DNA of 45,355 nt from Rikenellaceae bacterium (GTDB taxonomy: Bacteria > Bacteroidota > Bacteroidia > Bacteroidales > Rikenellaceae). This document shows positions 8,294 through 17,011 of this stretch, one piece after another (the stretch's first letter is position 1; the number at the start of each line of letters is the position of its first letter). The position numbers and the translations under genes are program-made. Location of the stretch: contig JAVVUK010000004.1 of the NCBI GenBank assembly GCA_036653215.1, positions 1-45,355 of the forward strand, read 5' to 3'. Below the pieces are notes generated by a model that did no database searches, was not told the DNA's origin, and worked only from the letters and a program-made list of their open reading frames with translations.

Positions 8294-9092
8294 AGTCGGT
8301 CTTTATTTTTGTAATTATGTTTTTAACTATTAGATCTACTTTGCTGCCTTCGCTATAATCTGACGGTACTATATAATCGGCACGATTTTCCTTAACGAGC
8401 TTTTGGCATTTGTCTTTGGTCTTTTCTTCGCTATATACGGCAATGGAATGCCCTCCAAGCTGTTTCACAAGACGCATACAAGGGATGTCTGTTGTTCCGT
8501 CACCAAAATATATCATTCGGCTAAAGGGAACATCACGTTGTTCGGTAGGTGTGTATTCGTTTACTTGGGTATGATCGTAAACGCTTGTTATACCTTTGTT
8601 TATCTTAAACAGAAATTGTGTTTTTGTGGTGTAGTTTACAACTACTGAAGGCCAATAGGCAACCCCATCGACATCGTAAAAGAAAGAACAAGCAAATATG
8701 TTCTTAAATTCATGAGCTATCTCTGTCCCCTCGATAATTTCTTTTATGCCAGAGGAGTTTATGTGGTGTTCTATGATAATATTGTTCTCAGCGGCATATT
8801 TGTTTATGCGAGAAAACCACTCTTTCACTCCTTTAAAAAACGTTATATCTTTACCCGAATTGCGAAAGGCATCACGACGAAGAGAGTGTTCTTTGTTCTT
8901 GGCGGTATGTATCATATAATACATATATGCCAAAATAGCATCTCCATCTTGCTCTTTGGCAAGACGATTGCTGTTAGACCAGAAGACATCATTGTTTTCA
9001 CCTACGGCAGGGATGAAGTTATACTCTTGCATATTGCCCGGAGATAAAGTCCCGTCAAAGTCGTAAATCATAGCAATTTTTATCTTGTTCAT
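8268..9092 (-). CDS. HAD-superfamily hydrolase
   Basis: 274 aa. HAD motif I (YDFDGTL) and motif IV (FGDGTTD). Confidence 0.7.
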   Translation of the reverse strand: MNKIKIAMIYDFDGTLSPGNMQEYNFIPAVGENNDVFWSNSNRLAKEQDGDAILAYMYYMIHTAKNKEHSLRRDAFRNSGKDITFFKGVKEWFSRINKYAAENNIIIEHHINSSGIKEIIEGTEIAHEFKNIFACSFFYDVDGVAYWPSVVVNYTTKTQFLFKINKGITSVYDHTQVNEYTPTEQRDVPFSRMIYFGDGTTDIPCMRLVKQLGGHSIAVYSEEKTKDKCQKLVKENRADYIVPSDYSEGSKVDLIVKNIITKIKTDYELSRLKK

Positions 9093-9118
9093 TCTCTTTA
9101 AATGTCAATGGTGAACCG

Positions 9119-9126
9119 CAAATATA
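9119..9126 (-). promoter_or_regulatory. putative -7 box (TATATTTG on minus strand) for the HAD-lnt-ribE operon
   Basis: TAnnTTTG match 27 nt upstream of the start at 9092. Confidence 0.4.
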
Positions 9127-9158
9127 TGAATAATTTCCAAAAATCGGAATATATTTTT

Positions 9159-9166
9159 TATCTTTG
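9159..9166 (+). promoter_or_regulatory. putative -7 box (TATCTTTG) for the DUF2723 gene
   Basis: TAnnTTTG match about 33 nt upstream of the ATG at 9199. Confidence 0.45.
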
Positions 9167-9198
9167 TCGCAAAATGAATAAATACTTAATTACTTCTA

Positions 9199-12100
9199 AT
9201 GAGCCATTTTAAGAAACTAAATCTATCTCTTGGTTGGGTTGCCTTCTTTATTTCAGCACTTGTATACTCCCTTACCGTAGAGCCGTCAGCAAGTCTTTGG
9301 GACTGTGGTGAATTTATAGCAACGTCATATAAGTTGGAGGTGGGACACCCTCCAGGAGCTCCTTTGTTTATGATAATAAACCGCTTCTTTACGTTCTTTG
9401 CTCCCAATACCTCTTATGTGGCATTGATGGTGAATATGGCTTCTGTCGTGGCGAGTGCTTTGACAATATCGTTTCTTTTTTGGACTATTGTCCACCTTGG
9501 ACAACGTCTTATTAAAAAAAGCATTGAGGAACTTTCAAAAAGTGATCTTCTCCTTATCTTCGGCTCTGCCTTTGTGGGGGCTTTAGGTTATGCGTTTACC
9601 GATACGTTTTGGTTTTCGGCTGTTGAGGGTGAGGTTTATGCCCAATCATCTCTTTTTACGGCTGTTGTCTTTTGGGCTATGCTTCGTTGGGAGGAAGAGG
9701 CTGATAGTCCTACTTCAGACAGATGGCTGATCCTTATTGCCTATATGATAGGTCTTTCAATAGGTGTCCATCTACTTAACCTCTTGGCTATTCCTGCTCT
9801 TGTATTCATATATTACAACAAAAAAATCAAAAGCCGTAGTCGTATTAGTTGGTGGGGTGCGCTCCTTGTCTCTATTGTGATTATAGCTATAATTTTATTT
9901 ATCATTGTTCCTAAAACTGTTTCTTTGGGTGCTTGGTTAGACAAGGTGTTTGTGAACAACCTAAATCTTCCTGTAAATAGTGGGCTTCTTACCTTTGTAG
10001 TTATACTATTAGCAGGCTTGACATATCTGGTCTATTATACACATACTCATAAAAAACGTTTATGGCACGTGGTGTCGCTCTCTTTGGCTGTCATGGTGTT
10101 TGGCTATTGCAGCTATGCCTCTGTTGTGGTACGTGCGATAGCAAACCCTCCTATGAACAGCAATGCTCCGTCCGATCCTTATTCTCTGCTTTCGGTGTTA
10201 AATCGTGAGCAATATGGTTATACTCCTCTTCTGTTTGGTCAATATTATAGTTCTCCAATAACATCTGTGGAATATAAAGAAGAGTTTTATCTTAACGATA
10301 AAACCAAAAAATACGAGAAGTACAAGGCTCTTGACCATTACGAATATGACGAGGCTACAACAACCTTCTTCCCACGTATGCACAGTGATAGACACGCCGA
10401 TTTATATAAAGACTGGGTTGACATAAAAGGACGCAATATTAACGTAGGAGATGGGAGAATGGTCACAGTGCCTACTTTTGCCGAAAATCTGGATTTCTTC
10501 TTTAAATATCAAGTCAACTATATGTATTGGCGATATTTTATGTGGAATTTTGTAGGTCGTCAAAACGATATTCAAGGTGATGGTGGCATCATGTATGGCA
10601 ACTGGTTGTCGGGGATCGATTTTATAGATAACATATATCTTGGTAATCAAACTTTTGTGCCAACGGAGCTTAAGGAAAACAGTGGACGTAACACTTATTT
10701 CTTCTTGCCTTTCTTGCTTGGCTTATGCGGTATCTTCTTCCAATTACGTCGTGATAAAGACAACTTCACTGTTGTGATGTTACTATTCCTTATGACGGGG
10801 CTTGCTATCATTTTATATCTTAACCAAACGCCAAGTGAGCCTCGTGAGCGTGACTATGCTTATGCAGGGTCGTTCTATGCTTTCTCTATTTGGATAGGGT
10901 TAGGCGTGTTGTTCATAAAGTCGCTTATCGATAAGATTAAAGTTCTTAAATTTTCAGATACCGCTAAAGCAGGTGTTGCTGTTGCTCTATCTTTAAGTGT
11001 CCCTATTGTCTTATTGGCGGAAAACTATGATGACCACGATCGTTCAAACAGATATGTAGCTAAAGATTTTGGATATAACTACCTGGAGTCTACACTTCCG
11101 GGTTCTATAATACTCCCTTATGGTGACAACGACACCTTCCCTCTTTGGAACACACAAGAGGTTTTGGGTGAGCGTACAGATGTTAAAATAGCCAACTTAA
11201 GTTATTTGTCGAGTGACTGGTATACTCATCAGATGGAACAACGCACAAACGATGCTATGGGCATAGATCTGACAATTCCTTACGATGTTTATTATCGTAA
11301 AAACGACTATATCCATGTTGTGAACCTCTATAATGAGTATATCCCTATAAAAATGGTGCTTAAGTTTGTTGCCGACAATAGCGAAAAGAAAAGCCAACTC
11401 ATAAAACAAATTGCTGCCGACATAGAACAGATAATCCCTACTTCTAAAATATCGATACCTGTAAATAAAGACAATGTCTTAAAAAGCGGTATTGTTAAGC
11501 CGGAAGATATGCACCTTGTTGTCGACACCATATTTATGGATATAAAAACCGATGTCCTAACACGTGCTGACTATGTGTTGCTTGATATGATAGGTAGTGC
11601 CGATTGGAAACGACCTATATATTTCACACAACCATATGCGGAGTCTATAAGCAAATTAGGACTTGTGGAATATCTTCAATACGATGGTTTCGCTTATCGA
11701 TTAGTGCCGATCAAAACAAAATTTTCACAACTTAACGTGGGGCGTGTAGATGTAGAATACCTATACGATAAGTTGATGAATAAATTCAGATATGGTAATC
11801 TTTGGGATGCCAACATCAATGTAGATGAGTTTATACGTACTACGGTGCGTGCATCGAGGGTGCGTGGTGGATTTTCAAGGTTGGCTCTTGAGCTTATAAA
11901 TCAAGGCGATACTGTGCGTGCTGTTAAGGTGCTTAAGAAAGGACTTACAGAGATACCTCTTAAAAATATATCGTTCGACTATCTGACATACGACTTTTTA
12001 GAGGCTCTATATAGGGCTGGGATGGTGAAAGAGGCAAATTCTATTGTTGCTGCTGAAGGTAACAACCTATTGGAATATATCGAATATTATGGTTCTCTTC

Positions 12101-12240
12101 CCGATGCTCAAGTTAAACTTATGGCAAGTGAGGTAAATGGAAAACTCTCTGAGATATACAACCTTTATGCGGTGGCTATAAACAACGGGCAGGCCGATAT
12201 TGTTAAGGAGCTCAAAGAATTTGCAGATCTATATAACTAA
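9199..12240 (+). CDS. DUF2723 (TMEM260-like, GT-C-type glycosyltransferase-like) membrane protein
   Basis: 1013 aa. Polytopic N-terminal half whose first loop (SLWDCGEFIATSYKLEVGHPPGAPLF) is typical of DUF2723. Long soluble helical C-terminal half. Confidence 0.7.
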   Translation: MSHFKKLNLSLGWVAFFISALVYSLTVEPSASLWDCGEFIATSYKLEVGHPPGAPLFMIINRFFTFFAPNTSYVALMVNMASVVASALTISFLFWTIVHLGQRLIKKSIEELSKSDLLLIFGSAFVGALGYAFTDTFWFSAVEGEVYAQSSLFTAVVFWAMLRWEEEADSPTSDRWLILIAYMIGLSIGVHLLNLLAIPALVFIYYNKKIKSRSRISWWGALLVSIVIIAIILFIIVPKTVSLGAWLDKVFVNNLNLPVNSGLLTFVVILLAGLTYLVYYTHTHKKRLWHVVSLSLAVMVFGYCSYASVVVRAIANPPMNSNAPSDPYSLLSVLNREQYGYTPLLFGQYYSSPITSVEYKEEFYLNDKTKKYEKYKALDHYEYDEATTTFFPRMHSDRHADLYKDWVDIKGRNINVGDGRMVTVPTFAENLDFFFKYQVNYMYWRYFMWNFVGRQNDIQGDGGIMYGNWLSGIDFIDNIYLGNQTFVPTELKENSGRNTYFFLPFLLGLCGIFFQLRRDKDNFTVVMLLFLMTGLAIILYLNQTPSEPRERDYAYAGSFYAFSIWIGLGVLFIKSLIDKIKVLKFSDTAKAGVAVALSLSVPIVLLAENYDDHDRSNRYVAKDFGYNYLESTLPGSIILPYGDNDTFPLWNTQEVLGERTDVKIANLSYLSSDWYTHQMEQRTNDAMGIDLTIPYDVYYRKNDYIHVVNLYNEYIPIKMVLKFVADNSEKKSQLIKQIAADIEQIIPTSKISIPVNKDNVLKSGIVKPEDMHLVVDTIFMDIKTDVLTRADYVLLDMIGSADWKRPIYFTQPYAESISKLGLVEYLQYDGFAYRLVPIKTKFSQLNVGRVDVEYLYDKLMNKFRYGNLWDANINVDEFIRTTVRASRVRGGFSRLALELINQGDTVRAVKVLKKGLTEIPLKNISFDYLTYDFLEALYRAGMVKEANSIVAAEGNNLLEYIEYYGSLPDAQVKLMASEVNGKLSEIYNLYAVAINNGQADIVKELKEFADLYN

Positions 12241-12815
12241 ATTTCAGATAACTTAAATGTTTTACGATGTAGGGGGGTGATGCCATATTGGGCGATCGCC
12301 TCCCTATGTTGTTTCGTTGGATATGCCTTGTTTTTACTCCATCCATATTCGGGGTATTGCTCGGCACAAAGTGTTATATAGTTGTCACGTTCGGTCTTAG
12401 CAAGGACAGAGGCTGCAGCGATAGAAGCATATAGGTCATCGCCTTTGATGATACATTGATGTGGCGTTGTTAGTTCGCTCTTCCATCTATTTCCGTCTAT
12501 CAATAAAAGTTCTGGGCTTACAGACAATCCTTTTACAGCTCTTGTCATTCCTAAAAAAGAGGCGTTGAGGATGTTTATCTCGTCTATTTCCTCAGCCGAC
12601 ACTTCTGCTATGCTCCATGCAATAGCCTCTTTCATGATGACTTCTCGAACGGCAAGGCGTTGCTTATGTGTCATCTTCTTAGAGTCACGAAGCAAAGGAT
12701 GCGAAAAATCTTTTGGGAGGATGACGGCGGCGGCAAAGAGCGAGCCTGCCAAACATCCACGACCCACCTCGTCACACCCTGCCTCAATAAGATTTTCGGT
12801 ATAATAACTATTCAT
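12237..12815 (-). CDS. rnhB: ribonuclease HII
   Basis: 192 aa. AGCDEVGRGCLAG catalytic motif and DSKKMT motif. Confidence 0.9.
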   Translation of the reverse strand: MNSYYTENLIEAGCDEVGRGCLAGSLFAAAVILPKDFSHPLLRDSKKMTHKQRLAVREVIMKEAIAWSIAEVSAEEIDEINILNASFLGMTRAVKGLSVSPELLLIDGNRWKSELTTPHQCIIKGDDLYASIAAASVLAKTERDNYITLCAEQYPEYGWSKNKAYPTKQHREAIAQYGITPLHRKTFKLSEI

Positions 12816-12820
12816 TGTTC

Positions 12821-14524
12821 TTATCGTTTTTGTTCACGGCAATAACTACATTTTCCACATGGAACAACGTCTGTTTCTCCAAAATATTCTTGCATTATTT
12901 TACTAAGACACCCCTTATTATTCTCTAAATATCCGAGCATCACAGAGGTGCGTTTCTCGTTTTTTTCACGTCTTAGGACATAGCTCTCATGCGTTATAAG
13001 GAGGCTTTCTATCGGCAGTCGTTCCACGTGGAGTGTGAGGCGTGGAGTCCTGTTTTTAGGGATGTAGCTTATCACTCGTTGTTCTCCAAGTTGTTTGAAG
13101 AATTTATTTATCTGTATCATGGTATATCCTGAAATACGAGCTAAATATTCTTCATCAATAGTTACAAATTCGGAGAATATGCCGGTGTGTATCCGAAGTA
13201 GAAAATTGATGAAATTATCGAGATCTTTACGACGTATTTGTAGACGATACATCTCGTCACGGCTGACGTTGAACATAACCCTTGTCGGATTTTCAAACTC
13301 CTCTGTGAGGGTCATATATCCGTTATAGTTTAATATGTCGATAGCGTTTATTATCGTCGAAGAGAAAAGCCCATACCTCTTACAAAAATCAAAGATGTTG
13401 AAGTCGAAGCTGCAATCTTCACCATCTCCATAAGCCACAGATAGATAGCTGTGTATGAGGTCGTAATATTTTTTTATGTCGTTTATGGGTGGAAATTGAG
13501 CCTTAAGAGTCGCCTTTATCGATTGTATGTCTCGTTTATTATATAGCAAAACGGCAAACGCTGGTTTCCCATCTCTTCCGGCACGTCCTGCCTCTTGGTA
13601 ATAGCTTTCAAGAGAGTCAGAGGGTGAATAATGCACCACAAAACGAACATCTGCCTTGTCTATACCCATTCCAAAGGCGTTTGTGGCAACCATAATACGG
13701 CAAGAGCCTTTCATAAACTTCTCTTGCTTGTCGCTTCTCATTTGGTAGCTCATGCCTCCGTTGTAGCTCTCGGCAGATATGCCTTCTCCGTTAAGAAAAG
13801 CGGCTATACTCTCTGTGTCTTCACGATAGCGTACATAGACTATACCACAGCCTTCAATGTTATTAATGACTTTTAGGATATGTTCTCTCTTATCCTCTAC
13901 CTCACGTTTTATGTATGATAAGTTTTTACGTTCGAAACTCATCTTTATGACGTTTTCTTTTTCGAAGAGGAGCTTTTGACATATATCACTCACAACAATA
14001 GGGGTTGCTGTTGCTGTTACGGCAAGTATAGGAGCATCGGGTTGTAATCGTCGTAACTCAGCAATGTTGATATATGAAGGTCTAAAGTCGTACCCCCATT
14101 GAGATATGCAATGAGCCTCGTCAACGGCAATCATAGAGATATTCATCCGTGCAAAACGGTGTTGAAACGTGGGGCTTGAGATGCGCTCTGGAGAGATATA
14201 CAGGAATTTATAATCGCCATATACACAGTTGTCTAACACTATATCTATCTCTCTTTGTGTCATGCCTGAGTGTATAGATAGGGCTGCTATTTTCTTCTTG
14301 TGAAGAGCGTCTATCTGGTCTTTCATGAGAGATATTAATGGGGTCACAACAACACACAAACCCTCCATTGAGAGAGCTGACACTTGGTATGTGATCGACT
14401 TACCTCCCCCCGTAGGCATTAAGGCAAGCGTATCTTTACCGCTACAAACACTCTCGATTATCTCCTTTTGCAGAGGTCTAAAAGTGGTGAAGCCCCAATA
14501 CTTATTTAATATTTCTTCAAGCAT
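12821..14524 (-). CDS. RecQ-family ATP-dependent DNA helicase (short form, no HRDC)
   Basis: 567 aa. Motif I MPTGGGKS, DEAH box VDEAHCISQWGYDFRP, and QEAGRAGRDG. A RecQ-type Zn motif sits at the extreme C-terminus (CLSKIMQEYFGE...CGKCSYC). Confidence 0.85.
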   Translation of the reverse strand: MLEEILNKYWGFTTFRPLQKEIIESVCSGKDTLALMPTGGGKSITYQVSALSMEGLCVVVTPLISLMKDQIDALHKKKIAALSIHSGMTQREIDIVLDNCVYGDYKFLYISPERISSPTFQHRFARMNISMIAVDEAHCISQWGYDFRPSYINIAELRRLQPDAPILAVTATATPIVVSDICQKLLFEKENVIKMSFERKNLSYIKREVEDKREHILKVINNIEGCGIVYVRYREDTESIAAFLNGEGISAESYNGGMSYQMRSDKQEKFMKGSCRIMVATNAFGMGIDKADVRFVVHYSPSDSLESYYQEAGRAGRDGKPAFAVLLYNKRDIQSIKATLKAQFPPINDIKKYYDLIHSYLSVAYGDGEDCSFDFNIFDFCKRYGLFSSTIINAIDILNYNGYMTLTEEFENPTRVMFNVSRDEMYRLQIRRKDLDNFINFLLRIHTGIFSEFVTIDEEYLARISGYTMIQINKFFKQLGEQRVISYIPKNRTPRLTLHVERLPIESLLITHESYVLRREKNEKRTSVMLGYLENNKGCLSKIMQEYFGETDVVPCGKCSYCREQKR

Positions 14525-14527
14525 TTT

Positions 14528-16516
14528 TTATTGTTGCACTCGTGACATACGTTCTAAAAACTCGTCTGCCAAAGCACTTTTCTTTTCCATGTGTTGAAGC
14601 ACCTCTATCACAAAGTCGTTTTTGTCGAAGTCTCCACGCACAGCTTCAAAATCACGTTTTTTAGTACGTGGACCCCCGTCGATGCCAAACCCTGTACTTG
14701 TCGTTAGGGTAAATTCTTTATGAGCATCTTGATATAGGGCTTTGTCAAGCTCAAGAACGCAGAATTTCCAGCTTTTTATATAGTCGACTATGTCTTGAAC
14801 TTGTATGTCGTCTATGCTTTTGCAGATGCGTGTCGTTAAGTGTTCGATGACCCATGTCCATTCGAAGTCGTAATAGTTTTTATTAAGTGCCACAAACTCA
14901 TGATGTATTGCCTCCAACGTCGCAATCTCTCCCGATGATATGCCGTCAATAATACGGTTCACCTCACTTTTGGGTGCTATAAGCCCAGAGACATCTGTCC
15001 ATCCACCACTGCCAGTACATTGTGTAGGACGTAGACGGTCTCGTATCTCTTCAATACTTTTCCATTCCACACCCTCAAGACGCTTGATGAGCGAGTTTCC
15101 TAAGAATTTCGTTATTCCCCAGTTGTATAATCTAAGTCCGTTTTTTAGGGATGAATTTTTTATGACGCAACTTTGGAAGGAGTATGATTTAGAGTCTTCA
15201 CCCGAAATTTCCACCATTTCTTTAAGGAGAGCCTCTCCCTTAAGCATTTTATTTATAGTGTATGGGCTAAGAAGATTAAAGTTGATCTGGTCAAATTTGC
15301 AGTCGCATTTACGTTTATCACGCTTTGGCCATTTTTTTGCGTCACGAATTGTGCCGACGCTTCTTAAGTTTACTCCAGGAACGAGGACAGACTCGTTGTC
15401 TCCCTCTATAAGATAAGAAAACGGCATAGATGAGGTGTCAGCGTTGTTGTAGTGACGTCCCATAACTAAAGAAAAAGCTCCGATTTTAAGAGGCCATAAG
15501 ATATATGAGTCGCTTGTTGTCTTTGAGCCTCTCTCGACGATGCCTTGATGTATAGGTCCTAACTTGTACATATGGTTACTTTGGTTCGAGCCGCTTCCTG
15601 CATTTAAGAACGAATACATCCCTGCTATAAGCAAGGTAGATTTGTGATGAGTGACGGTATAAGGACCTGCAAAGATAGAACATGACTCTCCGTGCATCCC
15701 GACACAGTTAGAAAAGAAAAGAGAGTTCTCAGCCGAATATTGTTTCCCTATTTCTGTTCCTTGTCCAATGAAGCATTTTTCTAATATAACACCATCGGTA
15801 ATTTTTGTAGAGTTACATATTATGAAATGCTCAGCCATAACGCCACGTCCTATTATGGAAGGGGCTTCAGCGGTGCTATTTATCGATCCATCAATCAACC
15901 TTGCGGCACCGTCAATTTGCGTTGACACTCCCATTTTAACATTTACTATCTCTCCACAATTTAAAATAACGGAGTCTGCTCCGACAGATGCCTTTAGATC
16001 TCTTATGTGTTCTGTATATTCGGCAATCAGCTTTTTTATGGCTTCTATGGTGTCTGTGCGGTGACGATATAGCGCAATGACATATGCTAAATGAGACGAT
16101 AGGTAGTCGAAAATAGGAACTTCACGTCCTCCAGTCTCGTTGAGTACAGCGACTTCGGTGCCATTTCCAAAAGTAGAGCCGTCTTCGGCTATTAGACATT
16201 CTATGTTATTTATCCTTACCCTATCTCCGATGTTATAGTTTGCTATATATTGGTTTACATTGTTTATATATACATTATCACCAATGATACAGTTGTGTAA
16301 AAGCACATTTTTTATGCCCGTTAACGTCCTCACTCCGCCACGAAGTGCTACATTCCCATTTTGAAGACCTATCTTTACAGAGCCTGAAAAACGGACGCTC
16401 ATAAATCGAGCGAAATCCAATTTCTCGTCTTTTACTTCTATTAAAGACCAATCCTTAGCATAACAATCCCTATCTTTAAATTTATTTATCTCCTCTTGTG
16501 TTAGTTTTCTATACAT
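14528..16516 (-). CDS. DUF4954-like protein (beta-helix-like repeats, function unknown)
   Basis: 662 aa, no signal peptide. The N-terminal two thirds have hexapeptide-like periodicity (e.g. IGDNVYINNVNQYIANYNIGDRVRINNIE). The C-terminal third looks helical. The family name is from memory. Confidence 0.55.
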   Translation of the reverse strand: MYRKLTQEEINKFKDRDCYAKDWSLIEVKDEKLDFARFMSVRFSGSVKIGLQNGNVALRGGVRTLTGIKNVLLHNCIIGDNVYINNVNQYIANYNIGDRVRINNIECLIAEDGSTFGNGTEVAVLNETGGREVPIFDYLSSHLAYVIALYRHRTDTIEAIKKLIAEYTEHIRDLKASVGADSVILNCGEIVNVKMGVSTQIDGAARLIDGSINSTAEAPSIIGRGVMAEHFIICNSTKITDGVILEKCFIGQGTEIGKQYSAENSLFFSNCVGMHGESCSIFAGPYTVTHHKSTLLIAGMYSFLNAGSGSNQSNHMYKLGPIHQGIVERGSKTTSDSYILWPLKIGAFSLVMGRHYNNADTSSMPFSYLIEGDNESVLVPGVNLRSVGTIRDAKKWPKRDKRKCDCKFDQINFNLLSPYTINKMLKGEALLKEMVEISGEDSKSYSFQSCVIKNSSLKNGLRLYNWGITKFLGNSLIKRLEGVEWKSIEEIRDRLRPTQCTGSGGWTDVSGLIAPKSEVNRIIDGISSGEIATLEAIHHEFVALNKNYYDFEWTWVIEHLTTRICKSIDDIQVQDIVDYIKSWKFCVLELDKALYQDAHKEFTLTTSTGFGIDGGPRTKKRDFEAVRGDFDKNDFVIEVLQHMEKKSALADEFLERMSRVQQ

Positions 16517-16533
16517 ATAGTTTAAGTTTGTTT

Positions 16534-16965
16534 TTATTCCCGGTACGTTATAACAAGAAGTTTATTATAACGCCAAAACATATGTTTGTTTTTTATAATT
16601 ACGATATTCCCATTTATGGTGTACGATTGTTTTGGAATAACGCCAAGCACTCTTATCTTCGAGCCTCCGACATATATGCAGTCGGTGTGTATGGCATCTA
16701 TTTCCTTCATTGCCTTTTTCTGTACAACAGGGTTTATGTCATATTGTCGTGTAAAGCCTTTTATGCGTCTTATGATTTTGTCTTCCCAAAGTTTACGTTC
16801 GTTTCCAATTATGAAATAACGTTTTTCTTTAAGCATACAATCTTCATTGTCGCACAAATCATCGCTTAGAGCAATGTAATAATCTATATCGCTTGTTGGG
16901 CTATCTATGTCGTGATAACAACTGCAAAATAGCAGTGGCACCATTGTTAAGTATCGTATTAGCAT
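16534..16965 (-). CDS. hypothetical small lipoprotein
   Basis: AT-rich ORF. Candidate lipoprotein signal MLIRYLTMVPLLFCSC. I recognise no family. The longest ORF starts at 16995. Coding status is uncertain. Confidence 0.35.
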   Translation of the reverse strand: MLIRYLTMVPLLFCSCYHDIDSPTSDIDYYIALSDDLCDNEDCMLKEKRYFIIGNERKLWEDKIIRRIKGFTRQYDINPVVQKKAMKEIDAIHTDCIYVGGSKIRVLGVIPKQSYTINGNIVIIKNKHMFWRYNKLLVITYRE

Positions 16966-16999
16966 CCCTTTACGGTGCAAATATGGTACAAACATGGTA

Positions 17000-17007
17000 C
17001 AAAAATA
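17000..17007 (-). promoter_or_regulatory. putative -7 box (TATTTTTG on minus strand) upstream of the hypothetical/DUF4954/recQ/rnhB gene string
   Basis: TAnnTTTG match about 35 nt upstream of the 16965 start, just beyond the bioA stop. Confidence 0.3.
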
Positions 17008-17011
17008 TAAA

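Noticed and set aside
14940-15416. 158-aa plus-strand ORF
   Set aside because: It is antisense within the DUF4954-like CDS, and I recognise no motifs in it.
16498-16869. 123-aa and 77-aa plus-strand ORFs in the AT-rich stretch
   Set aside because: They overlap the minus-strand hypothetical lipoprotein ORF in a very AT-rich region where spurious ORFs are expected. Neither has recognisable features. The minus-strand call itself has low confidence.
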